The notes under the pieces are model-generated. The model did no database searches. It saw only the letters and a program-made list of their open reading frames with translations, and was not told the DNA's origin. 46,499 nt of DNA from Chromera velia (Eukaryota), in the NCBI GenBank assembly GCA_018398765.1, contig JAHBMJ010000486.1:1-46499 (forward strand). The letters run 5' to 3'. This document shows positions 1 to 12,911 of this stretch, one piece after another. The first letter of the stretch is position 1. Each line of letters starts with the position of its first letter. Both the position numbers and the translations under genes were made by a program.

Positions 1-1156
1 GTAAAAAAACGTTGAAGGCGTAATTTGTGTTACTACTCAATTCAAAGCTATATGTATGAAAACAGGGCTCTATGCAATTAGTATATCACCCAGCAATGGC
101 CATAGCATATACCACAAATTAATATAAAATAGAAAGTGGATGTTTCACAAACATCAATGAAGCTTTGGACGGAGCCAGAGAAAAAAAGAGTCAAAGCTAG
201 TACTAAGTCAGTAGTAAGTGTCAGTCCTGTTGCACCTTAGGCTCTTCTACAACTAGACTTGCAGGATAAATTTTTTAAGAAACTTAAGAAAACTTAAAAA
301 TGAACTATACCTTAGTTTATAAAGGCCGTGAAATAATTAAAGAGACCCAACAAGAGACGAACGGGGCACTAGAGGGCATGCGGGAAAAATTTTCTAAAGA
401 GACAACACAAGCTAAACAAAAGTTGCTTACGAAGGTTAACCCTAGAGCCAGCTTAAGTTAGTTGATCGATATTAATTGACACAAATCTAGACAAAAATAT
501 AATTTACGGATTTATAGTAAACGATTTAACTCGAGGTCAAACCAAATTCTAATTCAAAGTAAAATTTATATGTTTGCCAAAATAATTGAAAACTATAATG
601 ACTACAAACCGACAAATCATAAAAGATACTTAAAATGGATTACAAAGACTGTCAAAGTCATGTATCAAAGTGTTGTTGGTTTACTTCTCTGTGCCCTCAA
701 GCATGGCCCGCGGCCGTAAGTTGCCAGTGTGTTTGCAGGCCTAGCTCCCGCAATGGCTGCCAACTGGTTTGTCGTTCTGGCTCAACTAACGGCCGAAGGA
801 GGAGGAGGAGGAGGTCCTCTTTGTGCTGCAAAAATGATCGGAAAGCACTGGCAGTATTGAAGAATCACAGCAACTGACGGCCATTCATCCAGCTAGCAAT
901 TTTGTAGAGGTCGATACAGAAAAAGACTGGCAATCTGATCACATGTATGTTCAACAGCCATAAGGATAATCAAGGTCATTGTGGATGAGGAAAAGACTTC
1001 GCACAGGGTTAAAGCGATCGAGAAAAGATGCAGCGACGCATAAAAGTTGAGGCTCTAAAACTACGCATAAAGATCGAGTCGAGCAAAGCATTAAGCAAGA
1101 GGCACTGTATTCAAACACCCCATACCACTTGAACGGCTCTGCTCTCTCCCATGCTA

Positions 1157-1499
1157 ACTCTCTCCCATGCTGACTTCGATTGGTTCTTCTGCCCGGCGAT
1201 GCCCTTCGAAGAGGATCCGACCTTTCCCCTGCACAGACGGGAAGAAGTGTCAGCATGAGAGAAAAGACCAGCGGGACGGGAAAGCAACTTGAAAGAAACG
1301 CGCGGGCATTCTGAGTGCCTCTTGAAGGGGAAAGATTCACGGGACAAGTTGGAAACATCGACACTTTGCATGTCTGATCGATGGTCTGATGGGTGCATGC
1401 GGCGCGAGCGTGCAGACACAGTGAGCCCGGAGACAGAGCAGCACACACGGCACGTCTGTTGCAAGTCTTCTCATGAACAGGGTCCCCTCCCTCTCCTTC
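1157..1499. repeat. 343-bp direct repeat, copy 1 (copy 2 at 3365-3707)
   Basis: Near-identical to 3365-3707 (offset 2208). By eye the only differences are in tggttcttct vs tggcttttct. Confidence 0.95.
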
Positions 1500-1787
1500 C
1501 GTCCTTCCTTGTTTCCTTCCCTCCTTCTTTCTTCGACAAGGAATCCTCCCCTGACTCATGCATATGCTCTTCTCGCTCCTTGCGCCTCCACAATGCAGTC
1601 AGCTACCGCGTTTTTGCCCTGAGCCCTCGCAAGGCTGGCTGCGTGACACTCTTCTCCACGGATGAGACTGCGGACTGATGCTAGCTGGTTCCCCACCAAA
1701 TAAAAACTGTAGCCCTGCTTTGGCTGGCAGATTGGTCCGCTCCATCATCTTTTTATCCGTCTGTTGGTCTGTAACATTCTATGATTC

Positions 1788-2830
<1,043 letters not shown>

Positions 2831-3364
2831 GTGTTTGCTTCTTTGAGTGCCTTGAGCCAGGCTGTCTTGGTGTCTCGTCGATTGATGAGTTTGTTCTCTT
2901 TCACTTTGACACGTGTAATTCCCTTCCGTACAGCTGGTTGCCCGGTCATTCAGTAATGGGGCGATGCTTCTGGTTGGAGAAACTCGGAAGGATACCTATA
3001 CCTTTTGGCTGGCCTTGTCAATGAGGTGTCCACCCCCATTCCGGTCCGACAATGCAACAAAACGCTTGAAACCGCGACAACGCAAAACTACATTTGCTGC
3101 CTGCACAGCCGAAGCTGGAGGCTGCCGGGAGTGCCGAGACTTGCAACGCAAGCATGTCTGACGCCGAACCGCATAAACGCATGGTGAAGAGGCACCGACT
3201 TGAGCGTTGTCCAAAACCTCGCCGTATCAGCCTTTCACATGGATACAACCATCGAGCAAAAGTCTAAAACAAAAGCGGCCGAAAAGAAGAAAAGGGACGA
3301 CTGAATACGCAGCGAAAGAATTAAAGCGGTCTAATCAACGAGCAATTCGAAAGCAGAAATCCCT

Positions 3365-3707
3365 ACTCTCTCCCATGCTGACTTCGATTGGCTTTTCTGC
3401 CCGGCGATGCCCTTCGAAGAGGATCCGACCTTTCCCCTGCACAGACGGGAAGAAGTGTCAGCATGAGAGAAAAGACCAGCGGGACGGGAAAGCAACTTGA
3501 AAGAAACGCGCGGGCATTCTGAGTGCCTCTTGAAGGGGAAAGATTCACGGGACAAGTTGGAAACATCGACACTTTGCATGTCTGATCGATGGTCTGATGG
3601 GTGCATGCGGCGCGAGCGTGCAGACACAGTGAGCCCGGAGACAGAGCAGCACACACGGCACGTCTGTTGCAAGTCTTCTCATGAACAGGGTCCCCTCCCT
3701 CTCCTTC
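3365..3707. repeat. 343-bp direct repeat, copy 2
   Basis: Matches 1157-1499. It overlaps the last codons and 3' flank of the predicted minus-strand gene at 3679-5052. Confidence 0.95.
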
Positions 3708-5052
3708 GCAAACGGCTCAATGCAACTCTGAAGGGTTTGTTACAGACTGGCTGTGTTTGTCCTTCTTTTGCTGACCTTTCTCTACGCTTGTGGTCTAACT
3801 TTCCGATTTGGCGTCGTCGCTCATCGAGACCACCGTGCTGCAAAGGAGGTGCATAGTACTCACATTTGAGGAAGCTAGTGCAGACTGAGACAGACCTTCC
3901 TGCTCCATACAGGTGATGAATTAGACGTGAAAGCAGGCCGACATACACGCTTTTTGTGCCTGGGCATCTGAAAAGACCACATGATCACCATATTTCTCCA
4001 AAAGACAGGTCGACCAGCCGCGAAAAGACGTACCCTTCAGGGTCCTTCGAAAGTTAAGTCTGGGCAAATTGAGGCCAACGTGACATAAATTTTGTTTTTT
4101 GAGTGACTGAGTGAGTGAGTGAGTGAGTGACTGAGTGAGTGAAAGGTTCTAAAGAGTGCACGCATGAGCAATATTCTCACACACTTACTGGGGGGTTCTT
4201 TCTCTTGGACCTCACTGCCGCTGCCGGGGCGTCACCACCCTTGTCGGACGCGTCATCACCCTTGTCGGACGCGTCATCACCCTTGTCAGACGCGTCATCA
4301 CCCTTGTCGGACGCGTCATCGTCCCCATTGGACGCACCGGGGGCTTCCGATCTCTCCTCTTCGGTCAGGTGATTTGACTCGCTCTCCAAGTCGGAAGGGG
4401 CTGGCTGCAAGAGGAAAATTCATCCACTTCTCAGACGTACGAACAGGCATCACAAGGTCGTTTACTCACAGACGTACAATTAACTTTTTCCCTGAACAAA
4501 ACAAAGGATGCAATTGCACGATCGAATCCATGCGCGCAGCCACCGAGGAACCATGGTCGATCAGCAATCGATGAAAAGAAAAAGTCTCCTGTGCATGCAG
4601 ACTTCAAAATGGAGGGGTGCTCATGTTTGTCTGTCGTCCACAGGTCGAGTCAATGCATGCAGGGATCGATGTCAATCATCGGCAACCGGCGCGCAGTACT
4701 TTAAATGAGGAAGAAACCTACGGACCTGTGCGTTTCCTCGTGTCATTTTGTAGCAGAAAAAAGCGGCTGTGACGATTAGAGCCGCCAACAAAACAGCGCC
4801 TCCCGCTCCCGGCAGACTGGCGGTTGCAGCACTTGCGACGGCTCCCCCGGCTTCGCCCTCGGCAATCATTCCAGCAGCACCTGCCGCTTTGCCTCCTATC
4901 GCCCCCGAGATTGAACTTCCACCACCGACCCCTCCCACGAATGTCTCGAACCAGTTCACCCTACCTTGTGGCTCCGGGTACACGTCGACAGTTGGTCTTT
5001 GTGTTACATTGTGTGTAATGGGGCAAGGACTGCACGAGAGACATTGAGACAT
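3679..5052 (-). CDS. Putative 3-exon orphan membrane protein: Gly/Ala-rich segment, one hydrophobic helix, GDDASDK repeats, basic C-terminus
   Basis: Exons 5052-4726, 4404-4189 and 3837-3679 join in phase 0 through GT-AG sites (CAG|gtccgt, ttgcag|CCA, CCA|gtaagt, ttgcag|CAC). A TM-like AVLLAALIVTAAFFCY follows a GGVGGG..GAIGG..GAAG stretch. No family recognised; start codon uncertain. Confidence 0.5.
4231..4335 (-). repeat. 21-bp coding tandem repeat (about 4-5 units, GDDASDK)
   Basis: gtcatcacccttgtcggacgc units. Period is divisible by 3 and lies in the predicted second exon. Confidence 0.85.
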
Positions 5053-5147
5053 GCAATTTCAATGTAACCAGCCATGATATGTATCCTTCTCTGGCCATCC
5101 TCCGAAACGCACCCTGACACCGAAGAAAGAAAGCAGTAGGTGTGCTT

Positions 5148-5220
5148 TCTCTCTCTCTCTTTCTCACACACACACACATACACACACACACACACAGAGA
5201 GAGATACACACGCACACACG

Positions 5221-5252
<32 letters not shown>

Positions 5253-5304
5253 GATACACACACACACACACACACACACACAGATGCACACACACACACG
5301 CACG

Positions 5305-5364
<60 letters not shown>

Positions 5365-5383
5365 CACGCGCGCACGCACGCAC

Positions 5384-5422
<39 letters not shown>

Positions 5423-5423
5423 G

Positions 5424-5492
<69 letters not shown>
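5148..5492. repeat. (CA)n/(GA)n compound microsatellite
   Basis: Directly visible. Confidence 0.95.
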
Positions 5493-5774
5493 CTGTTCTA
5501 TAAGGGAGGAGAGAGAAAGCGAGAAAATCAGTCCCGGTTTGCCTGTTTTCGGGCTTGCCCCCTTCAAAGCCCCATTACAATATCTGCCTCGATATCTGCT
5601 TTCCCCCTTCTGTCTCACATTCAGCACTTAATACTTTTATTGTGTCAACATTCCATTGCTGGTCAAGTTTTCTGTTATTCTGCTTCTCACGTCTTCTCTC
5701 TCAAGCGGCTTTGCAACCGTCAGAGTCTTTTGCACGATTCCTTTTTTTATCCTGCCTCTTCTTAATTAAAGAAT

Positions 5775-6539
5775 TCAGTGTTCTTGTACTTCCTTGACTG
5801 ACCCGGATAGATCCTTTCTGGTCTTTTGCAGCTTTGCTCGCATCCCCCCGATCACGTCGTTCAGACTCTCCCTCATTCCGTCCCCGGCGTTCACGGCTTG
5901 CTGGAGAGAGGCCACCTCCCCCTCGAGGCCCTCGATGGCCTCCTTTTGCGCCCTCACCGTGCGTGTGAGCTCTTCTTTCTGCTCTTTCAGACCAGCCACC
6001 TGCCTTTCGGACTCTTTATATTTTCTTTGAAACTCGTGGGTTCTGTTTCTTTCGTTTTCTCTTTCCGTTTCTATTTGGCGGTGCTTTGTCAGGGCCTTGT
6101 TCAGTTCGTTTTCTGCTTCTTCGGCACGGTCTCTCCCTTTTCGCACTTCAACCTGCATTCTGCTGAGGAGGGACCTATGGCTACTGATGGCTTCTGCCTT
6201 CTCCAGTCCTTCCATCCTCTCGGCTTCGATTTCTCCTTCCAATTTGTTCAGGAGACTTTCTGTAGTCTCCAGTTTCTTCTGGGTCTCTCGAAGCGTGAGC
6301 GAAGCAGTGTCGGCGCGCTTTGAGGCTTCTTCCTTTTCCCTTTTGGCACTCTCCATCAATGCACGGACTCTGGCTAAGTCCTGCACTTTTGACTTGGCGC
6401 GTGCCAACAATTTGTCCCTCTCCTCCCTGACTCTCTTCAGTTCGTTTTGCATTTGGAACAGCGCCCCATCTTCCACGGAGTACCGCAGCTCCTCGGCCGT
6501 CTGAGTCGCAGTCGCAGTCAGCTCCTCGATCCGCGAAGC
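5775..6539 (-). CDS. Long coiled-coil protein exon (about 254 aa); upstream exons unresolved
   Basis: Open E/K/R/L/A-rich heptad-like frame preceded by the acceptor gtgcgtgcag|GCT. A possible first exon at about 7172-6986 carries an in-frame TAA, so the gene may be a pseudogene. Confidence 0.6.
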   Translation of the reverse strand, partial: ASRIEELTATATQTAEELRYSVEDGALFQMQNELKRVREERDKLLARAKSKVQDLARVRALMESAKREKEEASKRADTASLTLRETQKKLETTESLLNKLEGEIEAERMEGLEKAEAISSHRSLLSRMQVEVRKGRDRAEEAENELNKALTKHRQIETERENERNRTHEFQRKYKESERQVAGLKEQKEELTRTVRAQKEAIEGLEGEVASLQQAVNAGDGMRESLNDVIGGMRAKLQKTRKDLSGSVKEVQEH

Positions 6540-7155
6540 CTGCACGCACACATGCAGATGGAGAAGTACGTTTGAGAAGACAACTTATAGATGAGCCGAG
6601 TTTCGCGGCAGTTTGGAACATCTTGCATTCGTGTAAGACCATCAGATTGCGCCGTTTCATTTCAGTCCAGCGGGAACGACACGGAGGGACAAGAAAGATG
6701 GGGCACGGCTCCTTTGCTCTGCCTTCTCTGTTTCTGAAAAGCGGGAGGGAGAAGTTTTGCAAGTCACAGTGGTGTTGCTAGCAAAGTGTTGCATCAACAC
6801 ACAACTGGATTTCAACAAACAGCTCACATGGAATCGTAAAACCAGAAATGAGAGGTAGCTACCCGCCATAATTGACTTCTGAAAAGAATGCTTTCTGATG
6901 GTCTCGAGGCTTGCCCGAATGAGAAAGCAGCTGGAAAAGCCAAACTTGTTCTTCTAGGACCTTACTAAGTATATAACACACTGACAATCTCGGCAAGTCT
7001 CTGGAGGCTGGATTCGCAGGAGGCGCACGAGCTGTTCTGCGGTGCAGTGACTCCCAACATGATGAATTGATGCAAGGATAGGTGAATGAGCGAAGAATTT
7101 CGAAGAAACGGGACCCGATGCAGAGAGCAACAGGACAGCAGAGTTTGCAGACAAC

Positions 7156-7318
7156 TGTTACGCCTCCTTCATTTCCCCCGTAGGTCGCTCTCTCTCTCTC
7201 TCATGCCCAAACTATTGCATGGAGCTGCTTTTCATGTGACTGCCAGTCCTCACGTTGGTACTACATTGAACCACGCTATACAAATGAGTACGTGCAACAT
7301 TTAGCAGCGTGCAACGCA
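7156..7318. repeat. Dispersed repeat, copy 1 (diverged copy at 12684-12911)
   Basis: Collinear shared blocks: catttcccc.gtag.tcgctc, ca.gcccaaactattgcatg, agctgcttt, gtgactgc, ttggta, acattgaaccacg. Confidence 0.8.
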
Positions 7319-8174
7319 ATTCGCCACACTGGTCTCTTAATTATATATATACATATAGATCGATGCATGGGCCTGAATTAATATAGACGGACTGCAGAAT
7401 TAAGTGAGTGCACGCGCGCGTTTTGCGCGCGCGCGGAGGCATGCATGCGTGGCTAAAAACTTTTAGACATCTGACGCACGCAAACGTGCATGCGGCGGAA
7501 AGCGCGAAGTCCATCCTTCTTCGTACACCGCAACGGATAAGACTTAGTGCCCCCCCAACTTTCCGGTACTTTAATTCCGGGGCCTTTTTTTGGCGACTGC
7601 ACCTCTTTAGTGTCTCTCTGGTCCTTTGTCGGGCCAGTATGCATCTTGCCTAGGCATAGGTCCTATCCGTCTATTATGGCCAATCTGTTGCAAGCGCAAG
7701 CCCCTCGGACTAAGCCGCCGCGCCTAGCTTATACTACTCCACGGTAAACAAAAATTAATAGTAATTTAATACCTTTCATTCTCTTTGTGTTCGCGTGGTC
7801 AACTTTGTCTATCTATGGATGGGCGTTGTGGTCTTCCTTTTTCCTTCTACAACTTCTTCTTCAATGGGTTCCTTAGCCAGTTAAAAAAATATGTTTCTCC
7901 TCAACATTTCTTTATTAAACCTTTTCTTTACATCCATAAATTCTTTTACACGCTTAGTGGCTTTTAGCTCCTTTGCCATATTTTTTCAATCTGATGTTGT
8001 CAGGCTCTTCTCTCCGTTTGTGTCTTTTCTATCTCTTAAACATCAAAATGGTTTTTCTCTTTCTTTCAATTCTCTTGCCAGCGCCCCTACTGGCTCCCCC
8101 CCCTTCCTTTACTCTTTCTTCTCTACAAGGCCCACGTAGGCCAAAAACTCCCTCCCAAACAGCATCTCCATGAC

Positions 8175-8553
8175 CTATGTACCACGTGCACCATGGCTTA
8201 CCTGAACAGATGCCAAGATTGTAGATGCTGCTACTTTCTGAACCGCTACTGACAACGTTTTCCACCACCTGTCAGCAATTTTCTAACGTGCTGACACATC
8301 ATTCATCTCCCCTAACCTTTTTGTAGCCTGTCTCACCATCTCTTTCACGAACTTCACTGTCTCCCCCCCAGGCCTTCCGTAGGTCTCAAAAACCAAAGGG
8401 ACAAAACGAATGTCCACTGCTCTGCAGGCATCATCGTAGTGCGTATGTTTCTTCCCCTCCTTCAGAATCTCCTTAGCTGCAGCCCCTACTTTCTTTACGT
8501 TTCTGTGCAGGCAGGTTGCATCCTAGATCAGGTGGATCAGAGCCACATCCCCT
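8175..8553 (-). mobile_element. Dead 5'-truncated RLE-type (CRE-like) non-LTR retrotransposon, C-terminal restriction-like endonuclease region
   Basis: One frame reads LGDVALIHLI*DATC...KEGKKHTHYDDACRAVDIRFVPLVFETYGRPGGETVKFVKE...R*KIADRWWKTLSVAVQKVAASTILAS. This matches the DV..E..K...Y / F.P..FE..G..G / LS.A.Q pattern of CRE-clade elements. In-frame TAG at 8523-8525 and 8283-8285. Confidence 0.8.
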
Positions 8554-8825
8554 AGAACGGAGTCCCTATTTGGCAAAATCGTGAATAGGTCTGGTCGTTT
8601 ATCGCGTTCCTCGGCCTGGCGACTACACGCATGCGAGCAGCGTCATGCAGCATACGCTTACAAGGTTCGTCAGTGCACAGCGTCAGCACGCAATTATCAG
8701 GTATATAAGCCCCTGCCCTTAAATTTTGTATGCACGATCTGGCTGTAGCTCTGTATTGATACATTTTTTTTTAATTTTTTTTTTTTTTTAAAATGGTTGC
8801 TTCAAGGTGGTGTAGAGTCCTACCC

Positions 8826-9271
8826 TGTGGCACCGCCCTTTGAGCCTTTGCATGCGCCATGACTGAGAGAGCCCGCGTGCTAACGCCGCATTCCGCTGCC
8901 GCGTTTTGCTTCGTACGTGTCGCGCGCATCGATCAAAATCGTTGAAATCGAGTCTGACCTTCGTATTTAAGCATGCAATATGTCACTCGAGCAATGGATA
9001 GCATCGTTTGAGTCTGATGTCTGTTTGGCATAGATCGGGAGTCTAAGACTCTGAGAAAGAGGAACAGAGAGGAGCATAAGTAGAGATTGTGCAATGATAG
9101 AATAAACCTAGCTGATTGGAATCCCAGATAGCTCTAGAGCTAAACCTTCTATAAACTGCTGCCTGAATAAGTGTTGCTCATATTCCTTCTCTAGATCGTC
9201 CGTAAGGTTCTTATCCTCGCTTTACCTTCTGTCTGGACGCCATAAGGTGGGGGGACAGGAGGGACAAAGCA
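8826..9271. repeat. About 450-bp diverged direct repeat, copy A
   Basis: Collinear with 9596-10051 from tgtggcacc to gggacaaagca. Differences are mostly transitions. Confidence 0.9.
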
Positions 9272-9595
9272 GTGGATCCCTATTGATTTTGCAGTAATTT
9301 TTGCCCTATAAAAGGTTTTATCACGCGTGCGGTGCGCGCGAAAACGATACAAAAAAAACGTAATTTATGGACTAACAGCCTAGCCATAACCTGTCTCTGC
9401 AGTTTTTATGAAGGTGGGCGTCTGACGCCTATGAAAAATCACAGTGATTAAGGAAAATTTTGTCCAGAAGAGAAAACCAGTAGATCGATAATTTTTTTAA
9501 GATTAATCAGTCATATAAGATAGAGTTTATCTTTTAGCATTGTTATTATGTGTAAAAGTATAAAGCCAACTGATATGTACTTACATAGCCCACTG

Positions 9596-10051
9596 TGTGG
9601 CACCACCCTCTGGACCCTCGCATGCGCCGTATCTGAATGAGCCCACGTGCCGACGCCATGCTCCGCTACCGCGTGTATACACAATTGACTTGCATGCATG
9701 TACGTGTCGCGCGCGTCGATCAAAGTTGTCGAAGTCGAGTCTGCATGACCTTCATATTCAAGCAACACATTACTTAAGCAACGGATAATATCGTCTGAGT
9801 CTGATGTCTGTTCGTCACAAATCAAGAGAGCTCCTAAGAGTCTGAGAGAGAAGAATGAGTAGAAACTGTACAATGATAGAATGAACCCAGTTGATTGGAA
9901 TCCCAGATCGCTCTAGAGCTAAACCTGTTATAAACTGTTGCCTAAATAAGTGTTGCTCACGTTCCTTCTCTAGAGTTTCCCTAAGGTTCTTGTCCTCGCT
10001 TTACCTTCTGTCTGGACGCCATAAGGTGGCCGGATAGGAGGGACAAAGCAC
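9596..10051. repeat. About 450-bp diverged direct repeat, copy B
   Basis: Collinear with 8826-9271. Confidence 0.9.
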
Positions 10052-10915
10052 CACCATGTATGAAACCTAAGTTTAAAATATTATGATCATAATTTTATGT
10101 ATTTTGACCGTGCAAAATTCAAGGGCAGAGGCTTATATCGATAGAATGCATGTTTTGTAAGTACCCCCCGCTTCGCTTTCCGGGGTCATGAATGTGTGAT
10201 CAGACTGATCGACATTGCATGGGGTGCATGAAGCAACACATGCAGCAAGACATGAAACAGCTAGACGTACATGAAACGAACACATATATAGCGAAATCAA
10301 GGGATAATCCTGAGCTGACCATGGTTGAAAGTGATAGAATGTCAGCAAGATCGAAGGCAACCAAAACATGTATGTACAGTGCCAAGCGTTTCGCTAGATC
10401 GTCGCGTTTTTGGACCCTCACGTACCTACACCTGTTGCTTCCAATGCTTCGTGCGCGTTGCTTCGATTGCGGGACGAGCTCTGGACGATCCTGCCGTGAT
10501 TCTCACGGAGTGACACTCGAAGAAACCTGTCATTTCATGCAAGAAGCCTGTTACTTTGTGCATCGTCAACTGCTGGAGGACGATCCTGCTGTCATGAAGG
10601 CAACACACTGCTCGGGGGAGCTTGAGGTTGGTGTCGCTGTTGTTCACTGTGCGTCAGCTCTTTACATGGATTGACTCAGCAAGTGTTTTGCTCCCCTGTT
10701 TTCTTTGCGCATACCGGGGAATTCTAGAAGGTTCAGCTCCATGAAAAGAAAAAAAAACCGTGTATGACACAGCCCTGGAATGCGAGGACCTCGAACGACA
10801 GGTAGACATACTAAACTGACCACCGAGGCACTTTGGGGATTCTTCGTTTTCAACAGCGTGCATAAGCTGTTTGCTTTTTGCGTGAATGAGGTGCCTGAAC
10901 GAAGAGGTAGGGTGG

Positions 10916-12685
10916 GAAACCTCTTTGGGTCTTTATGTAAAGAAATGGAGTCAGTATGGGGGTTGCGTGAGTGAAAGCTCTTTGGGTCTTTATGTAAAGA
11001 AATGGAGTCAGTACGGGGGTGCGTATGAGTGAAAGCTCTTTGGGTCCTTGTGTAAAGAAATGGAGTCAGCATGGGGGTTTGTGTGAGTGAAAGCTCTTTG
11101 GGTCTTTGTGTGAAGAAATCTAGTCAGTACGGGGTTTCGCATGAATGAAAGCTCTTTGCAATGGGTCTTTGTGTAAAGAAATGGAGTCAGTATGGGGGTT
11201 TGTGTGTGTGAAAGCTCTTTGCAATGGGTCTTTGTGTAAAGAAATGGAATCAGTACGGGGGTGCGCATGAGTGAAAGCTCTTTGCAATGGGTCTTTGTGT
11301 AAAGAAATGGAGTCAGTATGGGGGGTTGCGTGAGTGAAAGCTCTTTGGGTCTTTGTGTAAAGAAATGGAATCAGTATGGGGGTTTGCGTGAGTGAAAGCT
11401 CTTTGGGTCTTTGTGTAAAGAAATGGAGTCAGTACGGGGGTGCGTATGAGTGAAAGCTCTTTGGGTCTTTGTGTAAAGAAATGGAGTCAGCATGGGGGTT
11501 TGTGTGAGTGAAAGCTCTTTGGGTCTTTGTGTGAAGAAATCTAGTCAGTACGGGGTTTCGCATGAATGAAAGCTCTTTGCAATGGGTCTTTGTGTAAAGA
11601 AATGGAGTCAGTATGGGGGTTTGTGTGTGTGAAAGCTCTTTGGGTCTTTGTGTAAAGAAATGGAGTCAGTACGGGGGTGCGCATGAGTGAAAGCTCTTTG
11701 CAATGGGTCTTTGTGTAAAGAAATGGAGTCAGTATGGGGGGTTGCGTGAGTGAAAGCTCTTTGGGTCTTTGTGTAAAGAAATGGAATCAGTAAGGGGGTT
11801 TGCGTGAGTGAAAGCTCTTTGGGTCTTTGTGTAAAGAAATCTAGTCAGTACGGGGTTTCGCATGAATGAAAGCTCTTTGCAATGGGTCTTTGTGTAAAGA
11901 AATGGAGTCAGTATGGGGGTTTTGTGTGCATGAAAGCTCTTTGGGTCTTTGTGTGAAGAAATCTAGTCAGTACGGGGTTTCGCATGAATGAAAGCTCTTT
12001 GCAATGGGTCTTTGTGTAAAGAAATGGAGTCAGTACGGGGGTGCGCATGAATGAAAGCTCTTTGCAATGGGTCTTTGTGTAAAGAAATGGAGTCAGTATG
12101 GGGGGTTGCGTGAGTGAAAGCTCTTTGGGTCTTTGTGTAAAGAAATGGAGTCAGTATGGGGGTTTGCGTGAGTGAAAGCTCTTTGGGTCTTTGTGTGAAG
12201 AAATCTAGTCAGTACGGGGTTTCGCATGAATGAAAGCTCTTTGCAATGGGTCTTTGTGTAAAGAAATGGAGTCAGTATGGGGGTTTGTGTGTGTGAAAGC
12301 TCTTTGGGTCTTTGTGTAAAGAAATGGAGTCAGTACGGGGGTGCGCATGAGTGAAAGCTCTTTGCAATGGGTCTTTGTGTAAAGAAATGGAGTCAGTATG
12401 GGGGGTTGCGTGAGTGAAAGCTCTTTTCAATGGGTCTTTGTGTAAAGAAATCGAGTGAGCACCGGGGTGCGCATGAGTGAAAGCTCTTTGCAATGGGTCT
12501 TTGTGTAAAGAAATGGAGTCAGTATGGGGGTTTGTGTGATTGAAAGCTCTTTGCAATGGGTCTTTGTGTAAAGAAATGGAAACAGTATGGGGGTTTTGTG
12601 TGAGTGAAAGCTCTTTGCAATGGGTCTTTGTGTAAAGAAATGGAGTCGGTATGGGGGGTTGTTTGAGTGAAAGCTCTTTGGGTCT
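10916..12685. repeat. Minisatellite array, about 30 units of about 58 and 63 bp
   Basis: Unit GAAAGCTCTTTG(CAATG)GGTCTTTGTGTAAAGAAATGGAGTCAGTAYGGGGG..TGAGT. Long units carry an extra CAATG. Confidence 0.95.
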
Positions 12686-12911
12686 GTTGCGCTTATGCAT
12701 TTCCCCAGTAGTTCGCTCCTTCTCTCTCTCACGCCCAAACTATTGCATGACCTGAGCTGCTTTCCATTGGACTCCTCAAGTGACTGCTAGGCTTCACGCG
12801 TTGGTAGTGGACAGTGATCGCGTCGACGATTCTTTGAGAGTGATCAACACATTGAACCACGTCATGTATATGCGTACGTAGAAGGTGTGACATTGCAGCA
12901 TGTATAACGCA
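12684..12911. repeat. Dispersed repeat, copy 2, abutting the minisatellite
   Basis: Collinear with 7156-7318, with small insertions. Confidence 0.8.

Noticed and set aside
1..630. Transposase or retroelement ORF relic
   Set aside because: Stop-riddled, with no recognisable motif; cannot be assigned by eye.
10916..12685. CRISPR array or hammerhead-ribozyme array
   Set aside because: The variable parts are short, mutually similar and recurrent rather than unique spacers. There are no cas genes and the context is eukaryotic. No CUGAnGA hammerhead core was found on either strand.
10662..12738. ORFs with HTDSISLHKDP repeats as a repeat protein
   Set aside because: 58-bp units shift the frame, so the ORFs are fragmentary by-products of the array.
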